Origin: Macrostomum lignano
Lineage: Eukaryota
Direction: 5' to 3'
Length of the DNA stretch: 64,000 nucleotides
Assembly (NCBI GenBank): GCA_002269645.1
Contig: NIVC01001180.1
Coordinates: 62,001-126,000 of the forward strand
Shown here one piece after another: positions 23,301 through 51,406 of this stretch; position 1 is the stretch's first letter, and each line of letters begins with the position of its first letter. Both the position numbers and the translations under genes were made by a program. The notes below the pieces were generated by a model. The model did not search any database. It was not told the origin of the DNA and saw only the letters and a list, made by a program, of their open reading frames with translations.

Positions 23301-26300
23301 GACAGGGGAGAGTCAGGAGAAGCTGACACAGACAGAGACAGGGGAGAGTCAGGAGAAGCTGACACAGACAGAGACAGGGAGAGTCAGGAGAAGCTGACAC
23401 AGACAGAGACAGGAGAGTCAGGAGAAGCTGACACAGACAGAGACAGGGGAGAGTCAGGAGAAGCTGACACAGACAGAGACAGGGGAGAGTCAGGAGAAGC
23501 TGACACAGACAGAGACAGGGGAGAGTCAGGAGAAGCTGACACAGACAGAGACAGGGGAGAGTCAGGAGAAGCTGACACAGACAGAGACAGGGGAGAGTCA
23601 GGAGAAGCTGACACAGACAGAGACAGGGGAGAGTCAGGAGAAGCTGACACAGACAGAGACAGGGAGAGTCAGGAGAAGCTGACACAGACAGAGACAGGGG
23701 AGAGTCAGGAGAAGCTGACACAGACAGAGACAGGGGAGAGTCAGGAGAAGCTGACACAGACAGAGACAGGGGAGAGTCAGGAGAAGCTGACACAGACAGA
23801 GACAGGAGAGTCAGGAGAAGCTGACACAGACAGAGACAGGAGAGTCAGGAGAAGCTGACACAGACAGAGACAGGAGAGTCAGGAGAAGCTGACACAGACA
23901 GAGACAGGGGAGAGTCAGGAGAAGCTGACACAGACAGAGACAGGGGAGAGTCAGGAGAAGCTGACACAGACAGAGACAGGGAGAGTCAGGAGAAGCTGAC
24001 ACAGACAGAGACAGGGGAGAGTCAGGAGAAGCTGACACAGACAGAGACAGGGGAGAGTCAGGAGAAGCTGACACAGACAGAGACAGGGAGAGTCAGGAGA
24101 AGCTGACACAGACAGAGACAGGGGAGAGTCAGGAGAAGCTGACACAGACAGAGACAGGGGAGAGTCAGGAGAAGCTGACACAGACAGAGACAGGGAGAGT
24201 CAGGAGAAGCTGACACAGACAGAGACAGGGAGAGTCAGGAGAAGCTGACACAGACAGAGACAGGGGAGAGTCAGGAGAAGCTGACACAGACAGAGACAGG
24301 GGAGAGTCAGGAGAAGCTGACACAGACAGAGACAGGGGAGAGTCAGGAGAAGCTGACACAGACAGAGACAGGGGAGAGTCAGGAGAAGCTGACACAGACA
24401 GAGACAGGGGAGAGTCAGGAGAAGCTGACACAGACAGAGACAGGGGAGAGTCAGGAGAAGCTGACACAGACAGAGACAGGGGAGAGTCAGGAGAAGCTGA
24501 CACAGACAGAGACAGGGGAGAGTCAGGAGAAGCTGACACAGACAGAGACAGGGAGAGTCAGGAGAAGCTGACACAGACAGAGACAGGGGAGAGTCAGGAG
24601 AAGCTGACACAGACAGAGACAGGGGAGAGTCAGGAGAAGCTGACACAGACAGAGACAGGGGAGAGTCAGGAGAAGCTGACACAGACAGAGACAGGGGAGA
24701 GTCAGGAGAAGCTGACACAGACAGAGACAGGGGAGAGTCAGGAGAAGCTGACACAGACAGAGACAGGGGAGAGTCAGGAGAAGCTGACACAGACAGAGAC
24801 AGGGGAGAGTCAGGAGAAGCTGACACAGACAGAGACAGGGAGAGTCAGGAGAAGCTGACACAGACAGAGACAGGGGAGAGTCAGGAGAAGCTGACACAGA
24901 CAGAGACAGGGGAGAGTCAGGAGAAGCTGACACAGACAGAGACAGGGGAGAGTCAGGAGAAGCTGACACAGACAGAGACAGGAGAGTCAGGAGAAGCTGA
25001 CACAGACAGAGACAGGGAGAGTCAGGAGAAGCTGACACAGACAGAGACAGGAGAGTCAGGAGAAGCTGACACAGACAGAGACAGGGGAGAGTCAGGAGAA
25101 GCTGACACAGACAGAGACAGGGGAGAGTCAGGAGAAGCTGACACAGACAGAGACAGGGAGAGTCAGGAGAAGCTGACACAGACAGAGACAGGGGAGAGTC
25201 AGGAGAAGCTGACACAGACAGAGACAGGGAGAGTCAGGAGAAGCTGACACAGACAGAGACAGGGGAGAGTCAGGAGAAGCTGACACAGACAGAGACAGGG
25301 GAGAGTCAGGAGAAGCTGACACAGACAGAGACAGGGGAGAGTCAGGAGAAGCTGACACAGACAGAGACAGGGGAGAGTCAGGAGAAGCTGACACAGACAG
25401 AGACAGGGGAGAGTCAGGAGAAGCTGACACAGACAGAGACAGGGGAGAGTCAGGAGAAGCTGACACAGACAGAGACAGGGGAGAGTCAGGAGAAGCTGAC
25501 ACAGACAGAGACAGGGGAGAGTCAGGAGAAGCTGACACAGACAGAGACAGGGGAGAGTCAGGAGAAGCTGACACAGACAGAGACAGGGGAGAGTCAGGAG
25601 AAGCTGACACAGACAGAGACAGGGAGAGTCAGGAGAAGCTGACACAGACAGAGACAGGGGAGAGTCAGGAGAAGCTGACACAGACAGAGACAGGGGAGAG
25701 TCAGGAGAAGCTGACACAGACAGAGACAGGGAGAGTCAGGAGAAGCTGACACAGACAGAGACAGGGGAGAGTCAGGAGAAGCTGACACAGACAGAGACAG
25801 GAGAGTCAGGAGAAGCTGACACAGACAGAGACAGGGGAGAGTCAGGAGAAGCTGACACAGACAGAGACAGGGAGAGTCAGGAGAAGCTGACACAGACAGA
25901 GACAGGGGAGAGTCAGGAGAAGCTGACACAGACAGAGACAGGGGAGAGTCAGGAGAAGCTGACACAGACAGAGACAGGGGAGAGTCAGGAGAAGCTGACA
26001 CAGACAGAGACAGGGGAGAGTCAGGAGAAGCTGACACAGACAGAGACAGGAGAGTCAGGAGAAGCTGACACAGACAGAGACAGGGGAGAGTCAGGAGAAG
26101 CTGACACAGACAGAGACAGGGGAGAGTCAGGAGAAGCTGACACAGACAGAGACAGGGGAGAGTCAGGAGAAGCTGACACAGACAGAGACAGGGAGAGTCA
26201 GGAGAAGCTGACACAGACAGAGACAGGGAGAGTCAGGAGAAGCTGACACAGACAGAGACAGGGGAGAGTCAGGAGAAGCTGACACAGACAGAGACAGGGA

Positions 26301-28075
26301 GAGTCAGGAGAAGCTGACACAGACAGAGACAGGGGAGAGTCAGGAGAGAGTCAGGAGAAGCTGACACAGACAGAGACAGGGGAGAGTCAGGAGAAACTGA
26401 CACAGACAGAGACAGGGGAGAGTCAGGAGAAACTGACACAGACAGACACAGGCAGAGTCAGGAGAAACTGACACAGACAGACACAGGGAGAGTCAGGAGA
26501 AACTGACACAGACAGAGACAGGGGAGAGTCAGGAGAAGCTGACACAGACAGAGACAGGGGAGAGTCAGGAGAAGCTGACACAGACAGACACAGGGAGAGT
26601 CAGGAGAAGCTGACACAGACAGAGACAGGGGAGAGTCAGGAGAAGCTGACACAGACAGAGACAGGGGAGAGTCAGGAGAAGCTGACACAGACAGAGACAG
26701 GGGAGAGTCAGGAGAAGCTGACACAGACAGAGACAGGGAGAGTCAGGAGAAGCTGACACAGACAGAGACAGGGAGAGTCAGGAGAAGCTGACACAGACAG
26801 AGACAGGGGAGAGTCAGGAGAAGCTGACACAGACAGAGACAACGGAGAGTCAGGAGAAGCTGACACAGACAGAGACAGGGAGAGTCAGGAGAAGCTGACA
26901 CAGACAGAGACAGGGGAGAGTCAGGAGAAGATGACACAGACAGAGACAGGGGAGAGTCAGGAGAAGCTGACACAGACAGAGACAGGGGAGAGTCAGGAGA
27001 AGCTGACACAGACAGAGACAACGGAGAGTCAGGAGAAGCTGACACAGACAAAGACAGGGGGAGAGTCAGGAGAAGCTGACACAGACAGGGACAGGGAGAG
27101 TCAGGAGAAGCTGACACAGACAGAGACAACGGAGAGTCAGGAGAAGCTGACACAGACAGAGACAGGGAGAGTCAGGAGAAGCTGACACAGACAGAGACAA
27201 CGGAGAGTCAGGAGAAGCTGACACAGACAGAGACAGAGGGAGAGTCAGGAGAAGCTGACACAGACAGAGACAGGGAGAGTCAGGAGAAGCTGACACAGAC
27301 AGAGACAACGGAGAGTCAGGAGAAGCTGACACAGACAGAGACAGGGGAGAGTCAGGAGAAGCTGACACAGACAGAGACAGGGGAGAGTCAGGAGAAGCTG
27401 ACACAGACAGAGACAGGGGAGAGTCAGGAGAAGCTGACACAGACAGAGACAGGGAGAGTCAGGAGAAGCTGACACAGACAGAGACAGGGGAGAGTCAGGA
27501 GAAGCTGACACAGACAGAGACAGGGGAGAGTCAGGAGAAGCTGACACAGACAGAGACAGGGAGAGTCAGGAGAAGCTGACACAGACAGAGACAGGGGAGA
27601 GTCAGGAGAAGCTGACACAGACAGACACAGGGAGAGTCAGGAGAAGCTGACACAGACAGAGACAGGGGAGAGTCAGGAGAAGCTGACACAGACAGAGACA
27701 GGGGAGAGTCAGGAGAAGCTGACACAGACAGAGACAGGGGGAGAGTCAGGAGAAGCTGACACAGACAGAGACAGGGAGAGTCAGGAGAAGCTGACACAGA
27801 CAGAGACAGGGGAGAGTCAGGAGAAACTGACACAGACAGAGACAGGGGAGAGTCAGGAGAAACTGACACAGACAGACACAGGGAGAGTCAGGAGAAGCTG
27901 ACACAGACAGAGACAGGGGAGAGTCAGGAGAAGCTGACACAGACAGAGACAGGGAGAGTCAGGAGAAGCTGACACAGACAGAGACAGGGGAGAGTCAGGA
28001 GAAACTGACACAGACAGAGACAGGGGAGAGTCAGGAGAAACTGACACAGACAGACACAGGGAGAGTCAGGAGAAG
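20312..28075. repeat. 7.8-kb 36-bp satellite (GACACAGACAGAGACAGGGGAGAGTCAGGAGAAGCT), >200 copies
   Basis: Highly homogeneous array; main variation is the G-run length. Confidence 0.99.
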
Positions 28076-28739
28076 GTGGTTAGTCAAACAGCCCGAGGGC
28101 AACCATACACAGTATTACACCGTATTTAGTCACCCCAAGGCGCTGTCTGACTTCTTTCACCACTTCAAAGGGTCTCGCGTGAAGTGAAACTGCATGCTTT
28201 CTTTCCCTGACACGAATTAGATGTAGAAGCAATATTGGTTTTTAAACTTTACTGTAAATCGAGTTTAGCTGGGCTCTTTGTTTTACATCGAAATTCGGTC
28301 AACTCCAAATCCACTCTGACCATGACTCGCCCTCGTTTATCTCTGCTCATCCAGCTGTAGCCATTGGAATTGCGCAATCCCTTACTTGAAATTGCCTAAC
28401 TGAGCCCCAGACTGCCACAGGGCCATGTTGAATGCTCCGAATCCGAACGCACGCAAAATTTAGGCAAGTCTAAACATGTCCTCATACAGTTTTAAGGAAA
28501 ACATTTTTTGACTCATACTGTCATTACATTTACAAGATGGCATTCAATTTGAACAAAGAGAATCCAAAATTCATTTTGTATATACTCTATTGGTCATAAA
28601 TAGTTTGGTTGACCACATGGACACTTTGGTTGGGTCATAGACTACGGACAGTTTGGATTGGTCATAGACAGTTTGATTGGGCCATAAACAGCTTGGTTGG
28701 GTCAAAGACAGTTCGAGTCAAAGAATCTTGGATAACAAA

Positions 28740-28975
28740 CAGTTTTGGTCACAGACAGTTTGTGTCATAGACAGTTTGGGTCATAGACAGTTTGTGTCAT
28801 AGACAGTTTGGGTCATAGACAGTTTGGGTCATAGACAGTTTGGGTCATAGACAGTTTGGGTCATAGACAGTTTGGGTCACAGACAGTTTGTGTCATAGAC
28901 AGTTTGGGTCATAGACAGTTTGGGTCACAGACTTGGGTCATAGACAGTTTGGGTCATAGAAAATTTGGGTCATAT
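28740..28975. repeat. 16-bp minisatellite (GGGTCATAGACAGTTT)
   Basis: AGACAG at 28801, 28817, etc. Confidence 0.94.
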
Positions 28976-29665
28976 ACAGTTTAAGTATAAATTGAGAAAC
29001 GAAGTGCATGTAAGGGAGATAATTTTTGTCATATTTCGTATCAAACAGAACTTTATCAAGCAAGTTCGAGCAAGAGAAGGCTCTGTGCTGTGAACAGTCA
29101 GCCATATATATTTTTTCAGTTTTGCTCTCACAGAAGACAGGGACAAAGGAGTCTGTGCCGGCAATTTGCTTCCTGCATCGCCGGGGCGGCGCACTTTTGA
29201 GCGAACAGCTGTTCGAAATTCAAAGTGCACCGGGGGCGGTGACTCATAAAAGGGGAGAGACAATGCAGGTAGAGGATGTGGCAGGCCTTTCGGGTCATAG
29301 ACAGTTGGGAAAGCTTGGGAAAGCGTTTTAGAGGCACGTTGAAAAAAATCTCAGTGTTTGCATTGAACCGGTTTTATGGCCCCGCCACTAGGCTTGCGTG
29401 TGGGAACTTGGGGGGGGGGGTTAAAAGCTCTTTGCATTTGCAAACCTCATCGCGTCTGTGTTTCAATGCGAGCAGTAAAACGCCAGTATGACTCAAATTT
29501 TAGGTGATATTTCGGGATGCGCAACAATACTCGTTGAGCGATATTATTCGATGTTTATTGGTCAAAAAAGAACGAACTTAATGTATCTGATTGAAAGGCA
29601 TGGGCAGCTGTTTGCGGTCTGGCTGTCAGTTCTGTGACACCCGAGACTCCGAGAGTCCAGTCAAA

Positions 29666-29841
29666 GTCCCAGTCCCAGTCCCAGTCCCAGTCCCAGTCCC
29701 AGTCCCAGTCCCAGTCCCAGTCCCAGTCCCAGTCCCAGTCCCAGTCCCAGTCCCAGTGTCAGTCCCAGTCTCAGTCCCAGTCTCAGTCCCAGTCCCAGTC
29801 CCAGTCCCAGTCCCAGTCCCAGTCCCAGTCCCAGTCCCAGT

Positions 29842-29879
<38 letters not shown>

Positions 29880-29901
29880 CAGTCCCAGTCCCAGTCCCAG
29901 T

Positions 29902-29935
<34 letters not shown>
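29666..29935. repeat. (CCCAGT)n hexamer microsatellite
   Basis: Visible directly. Confidence 0.98.
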
Positions 29936-30304
29936 TTTTGTCTTGTCTGGGAAGGCAAGGTTACGTTCGAATCGATGCAATGCATCGTGAACCTCAGAGA
30001 TGGGGTGCGGTGCGGGGGTTGGCGGGTGCTTTCAGACTCGTTGGTATCATTTACAATGCAAAACTTATTTTCAAAATACCTTATTGCTCATTTGGGAAGT
30101 GGAATCTGCTGAACTGGGATGGAGTTTGGAGACTACTGCAAGCGTTTTTTGGTTTCCGCTTCATCAATTCTGAGTTTTTGTAATTTTTCCAGGGTTTCCC
30201 TGAGTCCCAGTTGTTGGCCAAGGTCGGTATGCTCCCCCTCCTGGTTTTGGCAAATTTTATTCAACAATGATGCATTCTACTTTACGCGTATTGTCTGTTT
30301 TTGT

Positions 30305-31145
30305 GTAGACTGTGGGATATCACCTGTTAGACTGAGGGATATCACCTATTAGACTGTGGGATATCACCTGTTAGACTGAGGGATATCACCTATTAGACTG
30401 TGGGATATCACCTGTTAGACTGTGGAATATCACCGGCTGGACTGTGGGATATCACCGGCTAGACTGTGGGATATCATCTGTTAGACTCCAGGAACTCACC
30501 TGTTAGATTCCAGGACAATCACCAGTTAGATTCCAGGACAATCACCTGTTAGATTCCAGAACAATCACCAGTTAGATTCCAGGAATTCCCCTGTTAGATT
30601 CCAGGAATTCCCCTGTTAGATTCTAGGAGTTCACCTGTTGGATACCAGGAGTTCATCTGTTAGATTCCAGGAGTTCATCTGTTAGATTCCAGGAATTCCC
30701 CTGTTAGATTCCAGGAATTCCCCTGTTAGATTCTAGGAGTTCACCTGTTGGATACCAGGAGTTCATCTGTTAGATTCCAGGAATTCCCCTGTTAGATTCC
30801 AGGAATTCACCTGTTAGATTCCAGGAATTCACCTGTTAGATTCTAGGAGTTCACCTGTTGGATACCAGGAGTTCATCTGTTAGATTCCAGGAATTCCCCT
30901 GTTAGATTCCAGGAATTCACCTGTTAGATTCCAGGAATTCACCTGTTAGATTCTAGGAGTTCACCTGTTAGATTCCAGGAATTCACCTGTTAGATTTCAG
31001 GAATTCACCTGTTAGATTCCAGGAATTCACCTGTTAGATTCCAGGAGTTCACCTGTTAGATTCCAGGAGTTCACCTGTTGGATACCAGGAGTTCATCTGT
31101 TAGATTCCAGGAATTCCCCTGTTAGATTCCAGGAATTCACCTGTT
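30305..31145. repeat. 22-23-bp minisatellite (TTAGATTCCAGGAATTCACCTG; left part TTAGACTGTGGGATATCACCTG)
   Basis: GAATTC at 30781 and 30803; consensus shifts gradually from left to right. Confidence 0.95.
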
Positions 31146-31798
31146 TAGGGGTGCCGCACCGCTACCGCGCCAGAAAATGTCGTCGCATTGGTTGAAATAA
31201 AAAATCAATATCATCACCCAAGCAACAAAAAGAAGCCGCGCGGCGCCCCGCAACCCCCCGAATCTCGGCTGTTTATTTTACGAGTAATATCCAAACTACT
31301 CTACTGGTAGTAGGAGAAAAAGCATATCCTACAAAATAATAGATTTTTGTTTTTAATTAAATGAGACTTATTTTTGCGGAAAATTCAATAAACAATGCAC
31401 TGAACTCTGGAGGCAGGAGTGGCCAGGTTTAGATGAGGTTATTAGGGTGCTGACTGGCTATTTAGATTGCCAACATTTACGGCTCCACTTTGACTCCGAC
31501 TTTCCGCTCTTCTTTCTCTCTCTCTCCCTCTCTCTCTCAATCTTTCATATTGAGAAGTCGCTAAGGTCACTCGCGGTGTCAGGGGGTGAATATCAGCCTG
31601 AGAGCATTTCCCCCCATTTTGAATTACCTGAACATGTTAAGCAGACCAACTGGATTCGCTGTTTCATTGAATCACTTTATCTTATCTAGGTTGAGCAGAT
31701 CAGACAAATAGTTGAGGCGGCATGTGGCCGAGCTGTTGGTTTCCAGGTTTTACTGGTCTTTCCCAGAGTTTGAACTGCTGCAAACAGGTTCAGTTTAG

Positions 31799-45941
<14,143 letters not shown>

Positions 45942-46077
45942 TGACGGGGGGTTGTCACTGCTCACATGGCATCCACAATAATTTAATTAACCTCGATAGA
46001 CTACTTAGACAGTGAATATGCGCGTTCTGCAATGTGGTACTTCGAAATTTTATTTTAGTTCGGCTTTCTTTGCCTGA

Positions 46078-46700
46078 CCAATAAGAGAACAGCAGGCCGA
46101 GTAATCTCCTGAACAATGAGAGAACAGCAGGCCTAGAAATATCTCCTGACCAATGAGAGAACAGCAGGCCTAGAAATATCTCCTGACCAACGAGAGAACA
46201 GCAGGCCGAGTAATCCGAGTAATCTCCTGACAAATGAGAGAACAGAAGGCCCCAGAAATATCTCCTGACCATTGAGAGAACAGAAGGCCCCAGTAATATC
46301 TCCTGACCTATGAGAGAACAGAAGGCCCCAGTAATATCTCCTGACCAATGAGAGAACAGAAGGCCCCAGTAATATCTCCTGACCAATGAGAGAACAGCAG
46401 GCCTAGAAATATCTCCTGACCAATGAGAGAACAGAAGGCCCCAGTAATATCTCCTGACCAATGAGAGAACAGCAGGCCTAGAAATATCTCCTGACCAATG
46501 AGAGAACAGCAGGCCTAGAAATATCTCCTGACCAATGAGAGAACAGCAGGCCTAGAAATATCTCCTGACCAATGAGAGAACAGCAGGCCTAGAAATATCT
46601 CCTGACCAATGAGAGAACAGCAGGCCTAGAAATATCTCCTGACCAATGAGAGAACAGAAGGCCCGAGTAATATCTCCTGACCAATGAGAGAAGAGCAGGC
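46078..46700. repeat. 37-bp minisatellite (GAAATATCTCCTGACCAATGAGAGAACAGCAGGCCTA) just 3' of the protease stop
   Basis: AGAGAAC at 46501 and 46538. Confidence 0.95.
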
Positions 46701-47149
46701 CTTCCGACAGAGTAGAGTGCTGTACGAGCGTACCGCAGTGTTATATCCATTATATTCATTACTTACGCACATGAAACATTTGCGCTGACACTGGTGAAAA
46801 AGTATTACCAACTAATTATCAAGTACTTTCTTATTAATGAGATATGATAATTCTCCTATAAACTTAACTCTCCTACTTAATTCTGCTATAGTGCTTGGAT
46901 CAAAGAAGCGGTGGTTCTTTTATTCAATTGCTGAAGTTTGATAAACTGCTTTAATACGAAAATAAACAAAATTCATTATTACGTAGTTCACTGCGATTCA
47001 TAAGACTACCGGATATCGCTTCCAGATTTTTGAAGCTTAGTTGCATTGCGATTAAATTTAAGCTTTTCAATAGATTTGGGAGTAATATTAGACTGCAATG
47101 CTAATCTTATAATTCTGATGGAGATCGCATACGTATCTCAGGGAGATCT

Positions 47150-47600
47150 CATATAATTCTGATAGAAATCTGATGGGAATCTGATGGAAATCTCATAAAA
47201 ATCTGATGAAAATCTCTTGGGAAATATGATGGAAATCTCATGGGATATCTGATAGAAATGTGATGAGAAATCTGATAGAAATGTGATGAGAAATCTGATA
47301 GAAATGTGATGAGAAATCTGATAGAAATGTGATGAGAAATCTGATGAAAATCTCATGCGAAATTTGATGTAAATCTCATGGGAATCTGATGGAAATTTCT
47401 TGGGATATCTGATGGAAATCTCTTGAAAATCGGATTGGAAATCTGATGGATATTTCTTGGAAATCTGATGGGATATTTGATGGAAATATCTTGGGAAATC
47501 TTGGGGAAATCTCATGGGATATTTGATGGAAATATCTTGGGAAATCTTGGGGAAATCTCATGGGAAATCTTGGGGAAATCTCATGGGAAATCTCATGAGT
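47150..47600. repeat. Degenerate GAAATCT-core low-complexity repeat
   Basis: Visible directly. Confidence 0.8.
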
Positions 47601-48317
47601 ATCCTGTGAGCAGTTTGACCCAACGTAGACATGAAAAAAGTGAAAACAGGCAGTGAAAGCAGACAGCCAATTGAAATTCATTAAAAACCGACCCAAGCCG
47701 CCAACACAGGTCAGTTGGTCATTCAAACTCGCATTACGCAGTTCGCACGAAACAAAAACACCTGGAGCAGTTTTTATTAACCGTAAACTTGATCAATTTT
47801 CGCGCACTAAATTAAAGAAGTTAATTACAGGCGGTTGATAATAAAAATGAACAATTTAGCCTAACAGAGCTCGCAGCAAACAATCGGGATATTTTGGAGC
47901 GGGAAAAAGTCAATTATAAAAATACTCGACACTGAGTTATAGAATGAAATATTCGGCCAACGGTTACTGTGGAAGATTATCAGACACGAGCTCACGGTTT
48001 CATTAGTCAAGGGAGAGAGGCAAAAGTACAGGAATCAGTCAAAAGTCGGAAGCGAAGCTAATTTATGAAAATATGGGATTTTCGTGATAAAATGAACGGA
48101 ATGAGTGGCTGTGCTGGAGAGGCTGGCATAGAAATTGAAAATATTCGAACTGCTCAAAGTAGTTTGAAAGATTTTTAATGAAAAATTGTTGTTGCGCTGA
48201 GCAAAAGGCCTCGTAGCTTATGGGCACCAGCTTATGGGCACCAGCTTATGGGCACCAGCTTTTGGGCACCGCCTGGACAGTGCGGGTGGGTGCAGACCGG
48301 ACTGGCGAACAGGGAGA

Positions 48318-48935
48318 CACAGACAGGTAAGCACAGACAGGTAAGCACAGACGGGTAAAGACAGACGGGTAACCACAGACAGGTAAACACACACAGACGG
48401 GTAAACACAGACAGGTAAACACAGACAGGTAAACACAGACAGGTAAACACACACAGACGGGTAAACACAGACAGGTAAACACACACAGACGGGTAAACAC
48501 AGACAGGTAAACACAGACAGGTAAACACAGACAGGTAAGCACAGACAGGTAAGCACAGACAGGTAAACACAGACAGGTAAACACAGACAGGTAAACACAG
48601 ACAGGTAAGCACAGACAGGTAAACACAGACAGGTAAACAAAGACAGGTAAGCACAGACAGGTAAGCACAGACAGGTAAACACAGACAGGTAAACACAGAC
48701 AGGTAAACACAGACAGGTAAGCACAGACAGGTAAGCACAGACAGGTAAACACAGACAGGTAAACACAGACAGGTAAACACAGACAGGTAAGCACAGACAG
48801 GTAAGCACAGACAGGTAAACACAGACAGGTAAACACAGACAGGTAAACACAGACAGGTAAGCACAGACAGGTAAACACAGACAGGTAAGCACAGACAGGT
48901 AAGCACAGACAGGTAAGCACAGACAGGTAAACACA
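48318..48935. repeat. 14-bp minisatellite (CACAGACAGGTAA[A/G])
   Basis: ACAGACAGG at 48541 and 48555. Confidence 0.97.
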
Positions 48936-49704
48936 GAAAAGACAAGCACAAACACACAAAGAAATGAAAAAATACACGGCAGATTTATATACTAGCGGGA
49001 ACAGCCAAGTAGATGTGAGAAAATGTGACGTAAGAAAATAATGCAGGGAAAAAAGTTTGGTGGAGCACAGAAAATAAATAAGCAATCAAATTGATGTAGC
49101 CGGAAAGTGCACAGCGGCAGACGGTGTGAGGTGGGGGGGGCTGCTGGACGGCATTCGCAGAGGGAAAAATTAAATCAAGTCCAGAATCCTGACAGGTCAA
49201 ATAGGATTTAAACAAAATGATGGAAAAATATTTCAATTGACAGCAGAAGAGCACCGAGTACATCGCTAAATTATAAGTATGCACACACATATAGAAAGAT
49301 CATTAGCTCATATCGTACTACTTGAATACAAAATTACAGTAGCATGTAGCGCACATTCGAACACAAATGGCATTGATAAATGAATGCAACAGAACGTGCT
49401 TGATAGAAGATAGCAAAGCAATTCCAGTGCCAAGGTTGATATAAGAAATGGAGACCAACTGGTAGAAATGCTTGCATTGTTTTCAAATATTAGTTAAAGG
49501 TGTTTATTAATACGCCACTGTAATTGTGAGAAGTAGCAACAGCAGCAGCAACAGTTATAAATAGCTATGAGCGCACCATTAGACTGTATAAATGTTTTAC
49601 AAAATGAAGGGCTGCATTATTTATCATTGGAATATATGAACACATAATTAGTGTAGGCAATTCAATTTTGTGAGCTAAGAGTTTGGGTGATAAAGTTATG
49701 GGAG

Positions 49705-51180
49705 AATTGTCGATAGATTATGGGAGGATTAACGATAGACTATGGAAGGATTTTCTATAGATTATGGGAGGATTAACGACATGTTATGGGAGGATTATCG
49801 ATAGATTGTGGGAGGATTATCGATAGTTGATGGGAGGATTATCTATAGATTATGGGAGGATTAACGATAGATTATGGGAGGATTAACGATAGACTATGGA
49901 AGGATTTTCTATAGATTATGGGAGGATTAACGATAGATTATGGGAGGATTAACGATAGACTATGGAAGGATTTTCTATAGATTATGGGAGGATTAACGAC
50001 ATGTTATGGGAGGATTATCGATAGATTGTGGGAGGATTATCGATAGTTGATGGGAGGATTATCTATAGATTATGGGAGGATTAACGATAGTTGATGGGAG
50101 GATTATCTATAGATTATGGGAGGATTAACGATAGATTATGGGAGGATTAACGACATGTTATGGGAGAATTATCGATAGGTTGTGGGAGGATTATCGATAG
50201 TTTATAGAAGGATTATCGATAGGTTGTGGGAGGATTATCGATAGTTTATAGAAGGATTATCGATAGGTTATGGGAGGATTAGCGATAGACTATGGAAGGA
50301 TTTTCTATAGATTATGGGAGGATTAACGACATGTTATGGGAGGATTATCGATAGATTGTGGGAGGATTATCGATAGTTGATGGGAGGATTATCTATAGAT
50401 TATGGGAGGATTAACGATAGTTGATGGGAGGATTATCTATAGATTATGGGAGGATTAACGATAGATTATGGGAGGATTAACGACATGTTATGGGAGAATT
50501 ATCTATAGATTATGGGAGGATTAACGATAGTTGATGGGAGGATTATCTATAGATTATGGGAGGATTAACGATAGATTATGGGAGGATTAACGACATGTTA
50601 TGGGAGAATTATCGATAGGTTGTGGGAGGATTATCGATAGTTTATAGAAGGATTATCGATAGATTGTGGGAAGATTAACGATAGGTTATGGGAGGATTAT
50701 CGATAGATTGTGGGAGGATTAACGATAGACTATGGAAGGATTTTCTATAGATTATGGGAGGATTAACGACATGTTATGGGAGAATTATCGATAGGTTGTG
50801 GGAGGATTATCGATAGTTTATAGAAGGATTATCGATAGATTGTGGGAAGATTAACGATAGGTTATGGGAGGATTATCGATAGATTGTGGGAGGATTAACG
50901 ATAGACTATGGAAGGATTTTCTATAGATTATGGGAGGATTAACGACATGTTATGGGAGAATTATCGATAGGTTGTGGGAGGATTATCGATAGTTTATAGA
51001 AGGATTATCGATAGGTTGTGGGAGGATTATCGATAGTTTATAGAAGGATTATCGATAGGTTATGGGAGGATTAGCGATAAATTATGGAAGGGTTATCGAT
51101 AAGTTATGGGAGGATTATCGATAAGTTATGGGAGGATTATCGATAAGTTATGTGAGGATTATCGATCAATTATGGGAGGA
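49705..51180. repeat. ~22-bp minisatellite (TTATGGGAGGATTATCGATAG[A]) with higher-order blocks
   Basis: Tandem units with recurring multi-unit variant blocks. Confidence 0.95.
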
Positions 51181-51406
51181 TATACTATACTACAAGGTAT
51201 ACTACAAGAGCAACCTGCCTACCAACTTTGAAACCCAAGAATTTCTCTCTTAGCTCATTTGGCTTGATTAATTATCAATCAAATAAATTGAAAAATAAAA
51301 TTGAAACTACTCTGGTATTAAAAAAAGTTAGTAAAGATATTAACCGAGCTATAAAATAATATTAATAGTAAGGGACACGCGATCGAGGACAGCCAGCCAG
51401 GAAGCA

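Noticed and set aside
12202-28047. Many long ORFs (e.g. 837 aa at 15668-18181, 395 aa at 12556-13743, SVSASPDSPL and LCLCQLLLTL repeats)
   Set aside because: They are stop-free translations of tandem repeats, with no splice context or domain signal. The same applies to the repeat ORFs at 29.6, 38-40, 48, 52, 58.8 and 60-63 kb.
47826-48180. AT-rich plus-strand frame with few stop codons
   Set aside because: It has three internal stops, no recognisable motif and no splice support.
48985-49290. Small minus-strand ORF that might pair with a terminal exon near 48220-48300
   Set aside because: No domain signal and no consistent exon chain could be built.
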